NCBI GenBank assembly: GCA_963764165.1 | Contig: CAVXRD010000001.1 | Location: 1,344,001 to 1,408,000 of the forward strand | Length of the DNA stretch: 64,000 bases | Source: an uncultured Verrucomicrobiae bacterium | GTDB taxonomy: Bacteria; Verrucomicrobiota; Verrucomicrobiia; Limisphaerales; Palsa-1400 | Direction: 5' to 3' | Shown: positions 19,867 through 31,900 of the stretch, one piece after another | Layout: each line of letters starts with the position of its first letter | Numbering within the stretch: position 1 is the first letter of the stretch | The notes under the pieces: model-generated | Database searches by the model: none | Told to the model about the DNA's origin: nothing | The model's input: the letters and a program-made list of their open reading frames with translations, nothing else | Made by a program: the position numbers and the translations under genes

Positions 19867-20657
19867 AACTAAGAATCCTCATAATCCGATTTGCGGCTGT
19901 CCTGTTGGCCATGGCTGCTTTTCCAATATTGGCCCAAGATGCTACAAACCGATTTCGCGCACTTGTCCTGGCAGAACGCGGAGACCAGCACGAAGCCTTT
20001 GTGGTTGCCGCGCTGGAATGGCTCAAGATCACGGCGGCTAAGGATCATTTCACAATGGATGTTTTCGAGAATCCAAACCAATTCACCAAAGCGTTCCTAG
20101 CCAAGTACCAGTTGGTGATTCAGCTAAATTATCCTCCTTACCGTTGGAGCGACGAGGCCAAGGCCGCTTTCCAAAATTACATCGAGCAGGGAAAAGGAGG
20201 ATGGGTTGGACTGCATCACGCCACCTTGCTGGGCGAGTTCGACGGTTACGCCATGTGGCCATGGTTCTCTGACTTCATGGGCGGAATTCGATTCAAGAGC
20301 TACATCGCCAAGCGAGTCGCGGGAACGGTCGTGGTCGAGGACGCGGCGCATCCGTGCCTGAAGGGAGTGCCTGCGACGTTTGTGGTCAAAGAAGAAGAAT
20401 GGTACACCTACGACAAGGACCCGCGCCCCAACGTGCATGTTTTGGCCCGCGTGGACGAATCGTCTTACCAGCCTTCATCAGATGTCAAGATGGGAGACCA
20501 TCCGGTGATTTGGACAAATGAAAAAATGAAGGCCCGCAATATCTACATTCTGATGGGCCACCACCCCACCCTGTTTGCAAACGAGAACTACAAAACCCTG
20601 CTGCGCAATGCCATTCTGTGGGCAGGCGGCGCAAGCGAAACGAATATTGTCAAATAA
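19863..20657 (+). CDS. ThuA domain protein, secreted
   Basis: GGWVGLHHA, EEWY and MGHH motifs; signal peptide. Confidence 0.85.
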   Translation: MKLRILIIRFAAVLLAMAAFPILAQDATNRFRALVLAERGDQHEAFVVAALEWLKITAAKDHFTMDVFENPNQFTKAFLAKYQLVIQLNYPPYRWSDEAKAAFQNYIEQGKGGWVGLHHATLLGEFDGYAMWPWFSDFMGGIRFKSYIAKRVAGTVVVEDAAHPCLKGVPATFVVKEEEWYTYDKDPRPNVHVLARVDESSYQPSSDVKMGDHPVIWTNEKMKARNIYILMGHHPTLFANENYKTLLRNAILWAGGASETNIVK

Positions 20658-21509
20658 ATGCACTCAACCAAACTCACAACCATTATCCGGCGGGGAATTG
20701 GATTCAGCGCGGTCATTTTGTGTTGCGCCAGCCTCCACGCCCAAAGTCCGGCGCCGCAGTTCAAGGTCGTGGCCTTCTATACCGGCAAAAACGATCTGGC
20801 GCATATCAGTTTTGTAAAAGAGGCCAACCGCTGGTTTCCGAAGATGGCTGCCAAGTATAATTTCGATTACGAAGCGACCACGAATTGGAATCAATTAAAC
20901 GCGGCCTTTCTCTCCCGGTATCAAGTCGTGCTTTTCCTGGATACGCGGCCGGATGTTCCGGCCCAGCGCAAGGCCTTTGAGGATTACATGGATCATGGCG
21001 GGGCCTGGATGGGATTTCACTATGCCGCATTTGCTTTGACGCCTTCGGACGATCCGCAGAATTGGGATTGGTATCACGAGAAGTTTCTGGGGTCGGGCGA
21101 GTATCTTAGCAACACGTGGCGGCCCACCTCAGCAGTCTTGCGCGTCGAAAACAGCCATCATCCAGCCACCAGCAGTTTGCCGGCGACATTCAAGTCGGCT
21201 CCGAACGAGTGGTATAGGTGGAAGAATAATTTGCGCGCCAACCCCGACATCAGAGTGCTCCTCTCCATCGATCCGGCCAGCTTTCCATTGGGGACCGGCC
21301 CCAAGACAAATGAAATCTGGCACAGCGGCGATTACCCGGTGGTGTGGACCAATCAGAAATACAAAATGATCTATCTGAACATGGGCCATAACGACATGGA
21401 TTACGAGCACAAGACCAACAAGGAGCTGTCATCCACTTTTGAAAGCGAAGCGCAAAACCAGTTAATTATTGACAGCCTCCTTTGGCTGGGTGGCGGCAAA
21501 AAGCAATGA
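20658..21509 (+). CDS. ThuA domain protein, secreted
   Basis: GGAWMGFH, NEWY and NMGH motifs; signal peptide. Confidence 0.85.
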   Translation: MHSTKLTTIIRRGIGFSAVILCCASLHAQSPAPQFKVVAFYTGKNDLAHISFVKEANRWFPKMAAKYNFDYEATTNWNQLNAAFLSRYQVVLFLDTRPDVPAQRKAFEDYMDHGGAWMGFHYAAFALTPSDDPQNWDWYHEKFLGSGEYLSNTWRPTSAVLRVENSHHPATSSLPATFKSAPNEWYRWKNNLRANPDIRVLLSIDPASFPLGTGPKTNEIWHSGDYPVVWTNQKYKMIYLNMGHNDMDYEHKTNKELSSTFESEAQNQLIIDSLLWLGGGKKQ

Positions 21510-21590
21510 TGTTTGATTTCTATTGGCATCTCCAGGAAGCGGTGCTTGAATTCCCATGCGACTCAATTGTGTCAATACTCGGAGGACATT

Positions 21591-23276
21591 ATGTCGAAGA
21601 TACTTTTCATCATTGTTTTCAGCGGCATCATTGAATTCTTGACCGCGACACCCGCCGCCGCAGACGGGACCAATGGCGCGTGCGTCACGCCGCCCTCGGG
21701 TCTTGTTGGCTGGTGGAAGGGGGAAGACAACGCGAATGACAGCGCGGGCGCCGACAACGGCGCGCTCTCGCCAACCGGCGCGACTTACGCGCCGGGGATG
21801 GTTGGGCAGGCGTTCCATTTTGACGGCAGCAACGGCTTCGTGCAAATTCCAGATTCCGCGGCTCTTAAGCCCGCCGCCGTCACGATTGAAGCGTGGGTCT
21901 GGCTGGACCCAGGTTTGACCAACCACGGCGGTGAACAAATCGTCTTCAAGAAAAACACCTGGTCCGCCTATTTCGAAGGTTACAGCCTGTTGAAATACGG
22001 CGACGGAATTTCCCCCGACGTTTTCGAGTTTTGTGTTTCAAGCCACGGCGACCAGGTGCCCGTATATGGGCTAACAGCCGTGCAGCGCGGGGCTTGGTAT
22101 CACGTCGCCGCTACTTACGACGGCAGCGAAGCCATCCTTTACGTCAATGGTGTTGCGGACGGTTCGGCAACGGCAGGCTTTCCTCTGGATTACGACACCA
22201 CGCCGCTTTTCATCGGCACGACGGGCACGTGGCCACCATACTTGAGCATGTTCGGCGGCGTTATTGATGAGGTTTCCTTATACGATCGGGCATTGTCGCC
22301 CGAGGAGATTAAGGCCCTCTACAGCGCGGACTCCGCGGGCAAATGCCCACCCGGCTGCACGACGCCGCCATCAGGATTGGTGGCGATGTGGAAGGGCGAA
22401 GACAATGTCATTGACAGCACCGGCACGAACAATGGCACGCTCTCGGCCTCCGGCGCAACCTACGGGCCGGGAATGGTTGGGCGGGCTTTCCGTTTTGATG
22501 GAACCAATGGCTTTGCGCAAATCCCCGACTCACCCGTTCTGAAGCCCGCCGCGGTCAGCATCGAAGCGTGGGTCTGGCTCGATCCAAGCCTTCCCGCCGA
22601 GCAAGGCGGAGAGCAGATCGTGTTCAAAAAAAATACCTGGTCCGCCTATTTCGAAGGCTACAGCCTCTTGAAATACAGTGACGGAATTGACCCCGATGTC
22701 TTCGAGTTTTGTGTTTCGCGAAACGGCGATCAAAGGACCCTTTATTCGCAGACGATTGCGGAACGCGGAGTTTGGCATCACGTCGCTGCGACTTATGACG
22801 GGACAAACATCGCGCTTTACATCAACGGCGAAGTGGAAGATTCGGGAGTGGCGCCATTCCCGCTGGATTATGACACCACTCCACTTTTCATCGGCACCAC
22901 GGGCACGTGGCAGCCTTACCTGAACATGTTCGGCGGCATGATTGACGAGGTTTCCATTTACAGCCGGGCGCTGTCGTCCAACGAAATTGCCGCCATTTAC
23001 TCCGCTGGCGCTTATGGCAAGTGCGTGCCGGAAACGGCGCAAGACAAATTCTTAAATCCCCAAAATGCTGGCGGTAATTTGAATGCCGAATTCGCGGGCG
23101 CGCCGGGAGTGACGTACACGATTGAATCCGCCGTCAGTCTTGGCGGGCCCTGGACCAAGGTGGCGAATTTTCAATCACCCTTAACCGATCAAGGATTGGG
23201 CGCGGGGGTTTTTGCATTCTCGACCCCCGCCACAAACAGCGCGCAGTTTTTCCGCGCAGTATGTCCTGCTTATTGA
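21591..23276 (+). CDS. Secreted protein with two tandem LamG (concanavalin A-like) domains
   Basis: GLVGWW, WYHVAATYDG and GVIDEVSLYDRALS motifs duplicated; C-terminal ...QFFRAV domain. Confidence 0.85.
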   Translation: MSKILFIIVFSGIIEFLTATPAAADGTNGACVTPPSGLVGWWKGEDNANDSAGADNGALSPTGATYAPGMVGQAFHFDGSNGFVQIPDSAALKPAAVTIEAWVWLDPGLTNHGGEQIVFKKNTWSAYFEGYSLLKYGDGISPDVFEFCVSSHGDQVPVYGLTAVQRGAWYHVAATYDGSEAILYVNGVADGSATAGFPLDYDTTPLFIGTTGTWPPYLSMFGGVIDEVSLYDRALSPEEIKALYSADSAGKCPPGCTTPPSGLVAMWKGEDNVIDSTGTNNGTLSASGATYGPGMVGRAFRFDGTNGFAQIPDSPVLKPAAVSIEAWVWLDPSLPAEQGGEQIVFKKNTWSAYFEGYSLLKYSDGIDPDVFEFCVSRNGDQRTLYSQTIAERGVWHHVAATYDGTNIALYINGEVEDSGVAPFPLDYDTTPLFIGTTGTWQPYLNMFGGMIDEVSIYSRALSSNEIAAIYSAGAYGKCVPETAQDKFLNPQNAGGNLNAEFAGAPGVTYTIESAVSLGGPWTKVANFQSPLTDQGLGAGVFAFSTPATNSAQFFRAVCPAY

Positions 23277-23294
23277 ATGGGGGCGGCAAAAGCA

Positions 23295-25139
23295 TCACTG
23301 CCCTTTTGACAACAGCTTTTCGAGCAGCGCATTTAAGCGCGTCACCATCGCGCTGGGGTCTTCCAGCAAGCCGGCGGCGACGCGCGCGTTGTCAAGCAGT
23401 TGCTCCGCCACGCTGCCAGCCAGCGCGGCATCCGTCTGCCGCATCGCATCGAGGCGGGCGATGATGGGATGCGCGGGGTTGATTTCAAAATCATGTTTGA
23501 CAGCGGGAAGATCCGGGCCGTCCTGCTTCATCGCTTTCATGATGCGCCTCATGCTGCCAGTCATGAATTTGTCCGCATCCACCACCATGGCGGGGCTGCC
23601 GACGAGCCGTTGCGAGACGCGCACTTCGTTGACTTTGTCGCCCAGGCTTTCCTTGAGCCATTTGGCCAATTCCTTCGCGGCTTCTTCTGACAACGGGCTG
23701 TCCTTCTTTCCAGCTAGATTCAATTCCGCTTTTTCCGCGAGACGCAGCGGCTTGCCGTCGAACTCGCGCAGATGTTCCATCACAAATTCATCCCACGGAT
23801 CGGAAAGGAAGAGCACTTCCCATTTGCGCTCGTTAAACACTTCGAAATACGGACTGGCCTCGGCCGCGGCGCGATTGGCGGCCAGCAGGCAATAGATTTC
23901 CTTTTGGTCGGAGGGCATGCGCTTTACGTAATCGGCGAACGATGTGAGCTTGCCCTTCTCCAGCGTCGAGGATTCGTAGCGCAGCAATTTGCCGAGGGCT
24001 TCCTTGTGCGTGAAATCCGTGACGACACCCTCTTTGAGAAACCGCTGATATTCGTGATAAAACTTCTCGTAAGCCTCGGCTTCCTTCTGCGATTGATCGT
24101 CCAGGAATTTCAAGAAACGGCTCGTCAATACTTTGTTCAACTTCTGCATCAGCGAGGTGTCCTGCATCGTCTCGCGGGAAATGTTCAGCGGCAAATCTTC
24201 GCTGTCCACCACGCCCTTCAGAAAGCGCAGCCATTCTGGGAAAAGTCCTTTGGCCTTGGCCTGGATGAGCACCTTGCGGCAATACAGGCTCACCTCCGAC
24301 TCCATCCGCCCCATGCCAAGCGTCTCGAAATTGCGCGGCGGAACGAATAGCAGCGCCTGGATCATCAGCGGCGCGTCGGCGGAAAAATGCAGGCGGAATA
24401 GCGGTTTTTCGTGATCGTGACCGATGAATTCGTAGAACTCATTGTATTCCTCCTCTTTGATTTCGTTTTTGTTCCGCGCCCAAATCGCCTGCACGGTGTT
24501 CAGCCGTTTCCCATTTAATTCAATGGGGAATGGCACGAAACTGGAATACCGCTTGATGATTCGCTCGATGGTATCAGCCTGCGAGAATTCCTTGGCGTCG
24601 TCCTTGAGTTCGAGCGTGATTTTGGTGCCGCGCGGCAGGTCGGCGGCAGGGGATATATCGTAGCCGCCCATGCCTTCGCTGGTCCATTCGGATCCCTCCC
24701 CCTCCGGCTCAAACGAGCGGCTCAGCACGGTGACTCGCTTGGCGGCCATGAACGCTGAATAAAAGCCCACGCCGAACTGCCCGATCAAATTCACGTCGGG
24801 CTTTTTGTTCTCGGCCAATTGCTTGAGGAATGCTTTGGTGCCCGAATGCGCAATCGTGCCGAGGTTCTCGACCAATTGGTCACGCGTCATGCCGCATCCG
24901 GAGTCAGTGATGGTCACGGTGCCGGCTTTGTCATCGGTCGTTACCGCGATGATTGGCGCGGTGTCCGGCTGAAAAACCGGCTGGCCCGAGGCTTGGCTGA
25001 ACCGCAATTTCTCGCAGGCATCCGCCGCGTTGGAAATCAACTCCCGGACGAAGATTTCTTTGTCCGTGTAGAGTGAATGAATGACGATGTCCAGCAACTG
25101 CTGGATTTCCGCTTGGAAATGATGTGATTCTTTCTGCAT
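23295..25139 (-). CDS. htpG: Molecular chaperone HtpG (Hsp90)
   Basis: FVRELISNA, IGQFGVGFYS and LPLNISRE motifs. Confidence 0.97.
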   Translation of the reverse strand: MQKESHHFQAEIQQLLDIVIHSLYTDKEIFVRELISNAADACEKLRFSQASGQPVFQPDTAPIIAVTTDDKAGTVTITDSGCGMTRDQLVENLGTIAHSGTKAFLKQLAENKKPDVNLIGQFGVGFYSAFMAAKRVTVLSRSFEPEGEGSEWTSEGMGGYDISPAADLPRGTKITLELKDDAKEFSQADTIERIIKRYSSFVPFPIELNGKRLNTVQAIWARNKNEIKEEEYNEFYEFIGHDHEKPLFRLHFSADAPLMIQALLFVPPRNFETLGMGRMESEVSLYCRKVLIQAKAKGLFPEWLRFLKGVVDSEDLPLNISRETMQDTSLMQKLNKVLTSRFLKFLDDQSQKEAEAYEKFYHEYQRFLKEGVVTDFTHKEALGKLLRYESSTLEKGKLTSFADYVKRMPSDQKEIYCLLAANRAAAEASPYFEVFNERKWEVLFLSDPWDEFVMEHLREFDGKPLRLAEKAELNLAGKKDSPLSEEAAKELAKWLKESLGDKVNEVRVSQRLVGSPAMVVDADKFMTGSMRRIMKAMKQDGPDLPAVKHDFEINPAHPIIARLDAMRQTDAALAGSVAEQLLDNARVAAGLLEDPSAMVTRLNALLEKLLSKGQ

Positions 25140-25243
25140 AAGATATTTCGATTACAAAATCGCGGAACGTCTTCCCGCGAGTCAATGCATTCGTTCGTAA
25201 ATTCCTTCGCTCGGCGCCATCAGATTTTCGCAGGCAATTTTGA

Positions 25244-25555
25244 TCAGAAGCCTAACCGATGGCGAAGGCGGCTCGCCAAGTCCATGTTCACATGCAACAC
25301 CGCGAGAATCAACGGACATTGCCTTTGCCGGACAAGGTGGAACACGAAGTGATGCTGGACTCTTGAAACACGCAAATCAGGGCGATGCTTAAAAAACACC
25401 CGTGTCCGCGCCGTCCGGCGCCCGATGGCGCGGAAGTGGCTTTCGAGAATTGCATCGTAGCGGCGAGCCTGTTCCATTCCCCACGTCTTAATTGTGTATC
25501 GGACGATCGCTTGAATGTCCGCATCAGCCGCTTCGGTCAATTCATAAGCGGTCAC
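25244..25555 (-). CDS. ParE family toxin
   Basis: YELTEAADADI...WGMEQARRY and ILAVLH..MDL motifs. Confidence 0.85.
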   Translation of the reverse strand: MTAYELTEAADADIQAIVRYTIKTWGMEQARRYDAILESHFRAIGRRTARTRVFFKHRPDLRVSRVQHHFVFHLVRQRQCPLILAVLHVNMDLASRLRHRLGF

Positions 25556-25556
25556 G

Positions 25557-25814
25557 TCATTTTTTTGGCTCGCGGTAGACGCTCTCGAATATCTCGTGAA
25601 CGGTTCGCTGGCTGATTGATCCCTTTTTTGCGCTGCGGATGCGCTCGTCTAGGAATGCTTCAAGTTCCGCCATCGCGGCAGCATCATTTGCGTCCTCTCC
25701 CCCGCCGATGGTGCGCTCGATGACAAAGTCTTTGATAGACTTGCCTTGCAAGGCGGCCATCGCCTTGAGTTTTTGGTGCTCGTGGGCGGTTACGTCAATG
25801 GAAATGCGACTCAT
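25557..25814 (-). CDS. Antitoxin (ParD-like RHH)
   Basis: MSRISIDVT..EHQKLKAMAALQGKSIK; lies immediately upstream of the toxin. Confidence 0.85.
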   Translation of the reverse strand: MSRISIDVTAHEHQKLKAMAALQGKSIKDFVIERTIGGGEDANDAAAMAELEAFLDERIRSAKKGSISQRTVHEIFESVYREPKK

Positions 25815-25856
25815 AAAATGTTCCTATTATTTCACTTCCTAGAAGCTGCCAGAAAG

Positions 25857-25887
25857 CCCACATTTGTGCAATATACATTAATGTGGG
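25857..25887. promoter_or_regulatory. Inverted repeat, likely TA operator
   Basis: CCCACATT-N15-AATGTGGG about 45 bp upstream of the antitoxin start. Confidence 0.55.
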
Positions 25888-26050
25888 TCGAACGCCCAAT
25901 GTGATTTCCCAGTGAAAAACTCGGAAGCGATAGGCTGGAGATCACTTGGATCCGGATGGAAATCCAGGGAATTTGAACACGACGCCGCAAAAAACGCTTC
26001 TTGATTTCCCCGGCGCACGGTCTATTTCTTTAGGCCAATTTTTTTACGAC

Positions 26051-27367
26051 ATGGCTTATAAAAACATCACTCCTCCGGAGGGCGGAAAAATCACCATCGC
26101 CCAAGGCAAACTCAATGTTCCTGAAAATCCGATCATTCCGTTCATCCGCGGCGACGGCACCGGCCCCGATATCTGGGCGGCCAGCGTCCGTGTCTTTGAT
26201 GCGGCGGTGCAAAAGGCCTACGGGGGCAAACGCAAGGTGTCGTGGTTCGAGGTTTTCGCGGGCGAAGAATCGTTCAAGCGATTCAACTCGTGGCTGCCCG
26301 AGGAAACCATCGAGGCGTTCAAGGAATTTCTCGTCGGCATCAAAGGGCCGCTCACAACGCCCGTCGGCGGCGGCATACGCTCGCTGAATGTCGAATTGCG
26401 CCAGCAGCTCGATCTCTACGTCTGCCTGCGCCCGGTGCAGTATTTTCAGGGCGTCCCCTCCCCTGTCAAACATCCGGAGAAAGTGGAGATGGTCATCTTC
26501 CGTGAAAATACAGAGGACATTTACGCGGGCATCGAATACGCGGCCGGAACGCCGGAATCGCAAAAGATGCTGGATTTCCTGGCCAAGGAATTTCCCAAGG
26601 CTTTCGCGAAAATCCGCTTTGGCACCAAGGAAAAGGCGGAGCAATTCTGGACGGCGGTCGGCGCAAAGGATTTTCCGACGGATGTGCGCGTCGGCATTGG
26701 CATCAAGCCGATGAGCTACAGCGGCTCGGTGCGCCTGATTCACAGCGCCATCAGTTACGCGGTTAAATTCAAACGCAAGAGCGTCACCCTCGTGCATAAA
26801 GGCAACATCATGAAGTTCACCGAGGGCGCGTTCCGCGATTGGGGTTACCAGACGGCGAAGGAACATTTCGGCGCAGTGGAAATCGACGGCGGCCCGTGGT
26901 GCAAAATTCCCGAGGGCAAACCCGGAGCGGGCATTGTCATCAAGGACGCCATCGCGGATATCACCTTGCAGCAAGTGCTCACGCGGCCCGAAGATTTCGA
27001 CGTCATCGCGACGCCGAATTTGAACGGCGATTATCTAAGCGACGCGCTGGCGGCCCAGGTCGGCGGCATCGGCATCGCGCCCGGCGGCAACGTCAATTAT
27101 ATTACGGGCCACGCCATTTTCGAAGCCACCCACGGGACCGCGCCGAAGTACGCTAACCAGGACCGGGTCAATCCGGGCAGCGTGATCCTCAGCGGCGAAA
27201 TGATGCTGCGCCATCTCGGCTGGATCGAGGCTGCGGACATGATTTTAAAGGGATTGAACGGCGCGATTGCGTCGAAAAAAGTCACTTACGATTTCGCGCG
27301 ATTGATGCCCGGAGCGACCGAAATCAAATGCTCGGCGTTCGGCGATAACATTATCGAACACTTGTGA
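26051..27367 (+). CDS. icd: NADP-dependent isocitrate dehydrogenase
   Basis: [33 protein letters not shown] and EATHGTAPK motifs. Confidence 0.97.
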   Translation: MAYKNITPPEGGKITIAQGKLNVPENPIIPFIRGDGTGPDIWAASVRVFDAAVQKAYGGKRKVSWFEVFAGEESFKRFNSWLPEETIEAFKEFLVGIKGPLTTPVGGGIRSLNVELRQQLDLYVCLRPVQYFQGVPSPVKHPEKVEMVIFRENTEDIYAGIEYAAGTPESQKMLDFLAKEFPKAFAKIRFGTKEKAEQFWTAVGAKDFPTDVRVGIGIKPMSYSGSVRLIHSAISYAVKFKRKSVTLVHKGNIMKFTEGAFRDWGYQTAKEHFGAVEIDGGPWCKIPEGKPGAGIVIKDAIADITLQQVLTRPEDFDVIATPNLNGDYLSDALAAQVGGIGIAPGGNVNYITGHAIFEATHGTAPKYANQDRVNPGSVILSGEMMLRHLGWIEAADMILKGLNGAIASKKVTYDFARLMPGATEIKCSAFGDNIIEHL

Positions 27368-27400
27368 GCGCCAGACCGTTGGACAATTAAGTTGCTCAGG

Positions 27401-27918
27401 ATAGGGGTAGGGACGAGGGATTGAACCTCGCCCCTCCCTCCAAACCGGACGGGCCCGTTTCGGGCATCCGGCTTTCCAGTCAGTGGTTTCTCTTGCGAGA
27501 TTGGATCGCTTCATGGTGGGCCAAGGCCAGGGAGATTAGCCCCAATTCGGCGAAGTAGGCGTTGGGCCAGCGTTGATGATCGAGTCCGCGTGCGCGTCCG
27601 TGTCCTTTGTGCCGTTTTCGCAGGATGGCCCTCAGTCGTCCGCGCACCCAGCTGTCTTCCTTGGTGAACACGTTTGGAAGACTGTGTTTGAAGTATTCAA
27701 ACCAGCCTCGCAAGGTCAGGTTCACTTCTTTGCTGATTTCCTCCATGCTGTCGGCTCTCAAACGTCGGGTCTTTTGCCGTATCGTAGCCTTTGAGGTCGG
27801 CATCCACCACCCACACGCGGCCCGTGTCAAGCAGTTGGTCCACCCGCCGGAGCGCGTCTCTGGCCCCGCGTCGCGGCCTGAATCCATAGCTGTGTTCGGC
27901 AAAGATGTTCTCGAATAT
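27401..27918 (-). mobile_element. Group II intron remnant (RT fragment, maturase X domain, domains V and VI)
   Basis: Minus strand: SYGFRP..GA..A and WVVDADLKGY fused to LRGWFEYF...HQRWPNAYF, then DV AAGCCGGATGCCCGAAACGGGCCCGTCCGGTTT and DVI ending CCCTACCCCTAT. Confidence 0.9.
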
Positions 27919-27921
27919 GCC

Positions 27922-28830
27922 ATGAGGAATCAGCCGCTTCAGTTTTGGGATTCGACCACACACGAGCTGGTGGCCGAAGTCCGCGCGCTGCCGGAAGTGG
28001 GCTCAAGCGTCACCTACAGCCCGGATGGTTCGCTGGCGGTTTTCGTTGGCGGCTACTCGGAGGGCTTTTGCCTGGATGCAAAGTCGCGGAAGGTCATCCA
28101 TAGATTCCACAAGCCCCGGGAGGATGGAGGGAGCCATGCCCCGAGTTGGCCCGTCTTTACCGCCGATGGCCGCCATCTCTTGCTGCAATATGACGAGGAT
28201 CTCGCCATTTTTGACACTGCAAGCTGGCAGCAAGTTCCAAGTCTGCCCGAAATTCCTCGAGGAGCCGTGCAATATATTCCTTCGCCAGACACCAACCGTG
28301 CCGTCGTCACGTTCAAAACTGGCGGCGTTGAACTATGGGATGTTCCGCATTTTCGCCCGATGGCGACGCTGGCAAAAAATGTCCGACTGACGAAAGTCTC
28401 GTTCTCGCCCGATGGCCTGCTTTTCGCGACGGTCGCGGTCAGCACCAATGATGTCTCCAATCTTTCGCCTTCGCTCTTTCAGATTTGGAAATCCGCCAGC
28501 GGCGAGCTCGCGATGGAAATCTCTTTGGATGGCAAATCCGCCTGGCCGGAGATTCTCGATCATCTGCTTTGGTCGCCGGACGGAAAGTATCTGCTTGCTG
28601 CTGCCCGCGCTCCTGGCTTCGGGAGCCAAATCGATGTATTTAATGTGTTCAATGTCGAATCTGGCCGTCTCCGCGCCGGATTACCGGGACCCGTCGGCGA
28701 GATTAACGGGCTTGCACTCAAGCCCGATGGCCAACTCGTCGCCGGTGGCAATGACGGGAAAATCTACTTTTGGGATTTCACCGCCGTGATGGACAAGGTG
28801 AAGGCATTCGAACGTTCACTTGCAGACTGA
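27922..28830 (+). pseudogene. WD40-repeat protein, probably 5'-truncated
   Basis: YSPDG, FSPDG, WSPDG and GKIYFWD repeats; begins mid-repeat at the intron remnant. Confidence 0.6.
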
Positions 28831-28929
28831 GCCGGGCAGCAAGAGAAACATTGGCTTTGGGGCAAGGTGTCCTTGAATAAATATTTACATTCCATCGTCA
28901 ACCGGGGACGTTCTTGGTGAATCTCGAAA

Positions 28930-31900
28930 TGAAATCGAAACTATTGCCCCTCATCGCCGCGATTTGCGCTCCCGCGTTCGTCCAGGCCCAAACCTCGCCC
29001 GCGCCCGAATTAAAGCCCGGCGATCACGTGGCCATCATCGGCGGCACGCTGGCGGACCGGTTCCAGCATTCCGGCTGGCTGGAAACGTACCTTTACACCA
29101 AATATCCCGATTGTAATTTGGTCTTTCGCGATCTCGCTGTGCCCGCGGACGAAGTTGCGCTGCGGCTCCGCCCGGCCGGGTTCGGCACGCCGGATGATTG
29201 GCTGACGAAGGTGCAGGCGGATGTCGTTTTCGCGTTTTTCGGATATAACGAATCGTTCCAAGGCAAGGATGGCTTGGACAAATTCAAATCCGACCTCGAT
29301 TCATTCCTGAAAACAACCGCGGCGAAAAATTACTCCAGCAACGGGCATCCGCGCATTGTGCTCTTTTCGCCAATCGCCAATGAACGCACGGTCGATCCGA
29401 ATTTTCCCGACCCCACCAAAAACAACGCGAATATCCGCCTTTACGCCGAAGCGATGGCGGAAGTCGCCCGCAAGGATGGCGTGCCGTTTGTGGATTTGTT
29501 TGGTCCGTCCGAACAAATGTTCGCCGAGGCGGCCAAGAGCAAACATTCGCTGACCATCAACGGAGCGTATTTATCGGATGAGGGCGACAAGGAACTGGCC
29601 AGCGCCATTACCCGCGCCTTCGCGGGCGTGCATTCCACCGCGCCCGCGGGCGAGGTCAACGATCCTGAGCATGAGCGGCTGCGCGCGGCAATCAATGACA
29701 AGAACGCGCAGTGGGAAAACCGCTATCGCACGATCGACGGCAACAACGTCTACGGCGGGCGCTCCGATCTTTCGTATGCTCCCGGAAAAAGCATGGTATC
29801 AGACAGAAATGCGCCTGCTCCATACGTCTCCAATTTCAAAGTCATGGCGGAGGAAATGACCCAGCGCGACACGCTGACGGCCAACCGCGACAAACGCATT
29901 TGGGCGCTGGCCAACGGGCGTGATCTCACAGTGGACGATTCCAATTTGCCGCCAGTGGAATCGGTCCCCACCGACATGCCGGGCAAAAACGACGACGGAT
30001 CATTCCGATATCTTGGGGGCGAGGAAGCCATCGGCAAGATGACTGTCCACTCGCACATGAAGGTGAATTTATTCGCAAGCGAAGAGCAATTTCCCGAGTT
30101 GGTCAGCCCTGTGCAAATGGCTTGGGACACGAAAGGCCGCTTGTGGGTTGCGGCGTGGAAAAATTATCCAGAACGCACGCCGACGAGCAAAGTCGGTGAC
30201 AGTATTTTGATTTTTGAGGACACGAAGGGCACCGGGAAGGCTGACAAAGTCACTCATTTTCTTGACGACTTGAACGCGCCCACCGGTTTCCAATTTTACA
30301 AGAACGGCTTGCTGCTGATGGAAGCGCCGGATTTGTGGTATGTCCCGGAAGTCGATTCTCACGGCGGCCCGATCGAACGCGTGCTGATGGGAATTGACTC
30401 GGCCGATTCGCACCACACGGCCAATTCACTTTGCCTCGATCCGGGCGGCGCGGTTTATCTGAGCGACGGCGTGTTCCATCGCACCCACGTTGAAACGATG
30501 GCGGGGCCGGTTCGCAATAATGACGGCGCGATTTATCGCTTTGAGCCGCGCACCGGGAAATTTGAAACTTACGTTTCCTATGGGTTCGCCAATCCGCACG
30601 GGCGTGTCTTTGATTATTGGGGCAATGACATCATCACCGACGCCACGGGCAACGAGACGTATTTCGGCCCGGCCTTCAGCGGGCACATCGATTTTCCCGC
30701 CAAGCATCCGGAGATGCACCAATTATGGGATCGGCCGTCGCGCCCCTGCGCCGGCACCGGACTTATCAGCAGCCGGCATTTCCCTGACGAGTTTCAGGAC
30801 TGTTTCCTCAACTGCAACGTCATTGGTTTCCAGGGAATTTATCTGGTCAAACTCTCGCGTGACGGCTCGGGAATTCACGGCGATATTCAGGAACATCTGG
30901 TCAGTTCGTCGGACCCGAATTTCCGACCGGTAGCGGTCAATATCGGCCCGGATGGCGCGATCTATTTTGCCGATTGGCACAAGCCGCTCATCGGCCACAT
31001 GCAGCACCATTTGCGCGATCCAAACCGCGAGCACGATCACGGCCGCATTTATCGCATCACCTATGAGGGCAGCCCACTGTTGAAGCAGCCAAAGATCGAC
31101 GGCCAGCCCGTCGCTGCATTGCTGGATTTGTTGAAGGAGCCGGAAAACCGGACGCGTGAACTGGCCAAGATCGAACTCGGCAAGCATGACTCCTCCGAGG
31201 TGCTCGATGCCGTGAAAAAGTGGGTCAAATCCCTCGACAAAAAGGAACCCACTTACGAACACAACCTCCTCGAGGCATTGTGGGTTTACGCATGGAACAA
31301 CGCCGTTAACAAAGATTTGCTGGCGCGTGTGCTGGCATCCCCGACGCCCGAAGCGCGGGCCGCGGCGGGGCGCGTGCTTTGCTATTCGCGCGACCAGGTT
31401 CCCAACGCGCTCAGTCTGTACAAAACGCTGGCGGATGATTCGGATTCGCGCGTCCGCCTCGAAGCCGTCCGCGATGCGAGCTTCTTCCGCACGGCGGAGG
31501 CCGCGGACGTCGCGTTGACGGCATTGAAGCATCCCATGGATTATTATCTCCAATACACCCTCGGCGAAACGATGCGGCAATTGAAGCCGTTTGTCCGCCA
31601 AGCGTTGATGGATCATCAATCCATCGCGGCGGATAATCCGGCCGGGCTGGAGTATTTGATCAGCACGTTTGCCACTTCGGAATTGCTGAAGCTGCCGGGC
31701 GGCACTCCCGCCCTGGCGGCGCTGGTTGAGCGCAAGGACGCCACCGACACGGACCGCCTCAATGCCTTAAGCGCGCTGGCCAAGAAAAAGAAAACCAGCC
31801 GGGTCGACGAGCTGTTCGCTTTGTTCGGCGCCAAGCTTGACACCGACGAGGCGGCCCAAGTGAGCTTTGCGCATTTGCTGACATGGCAGCAGCGCGACGC

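Noticed and set aside
27607..27921. N-terminus of the 407-aa WD40 ORF
   Set aside because: It is the antisense reading of the intron RT remnant.
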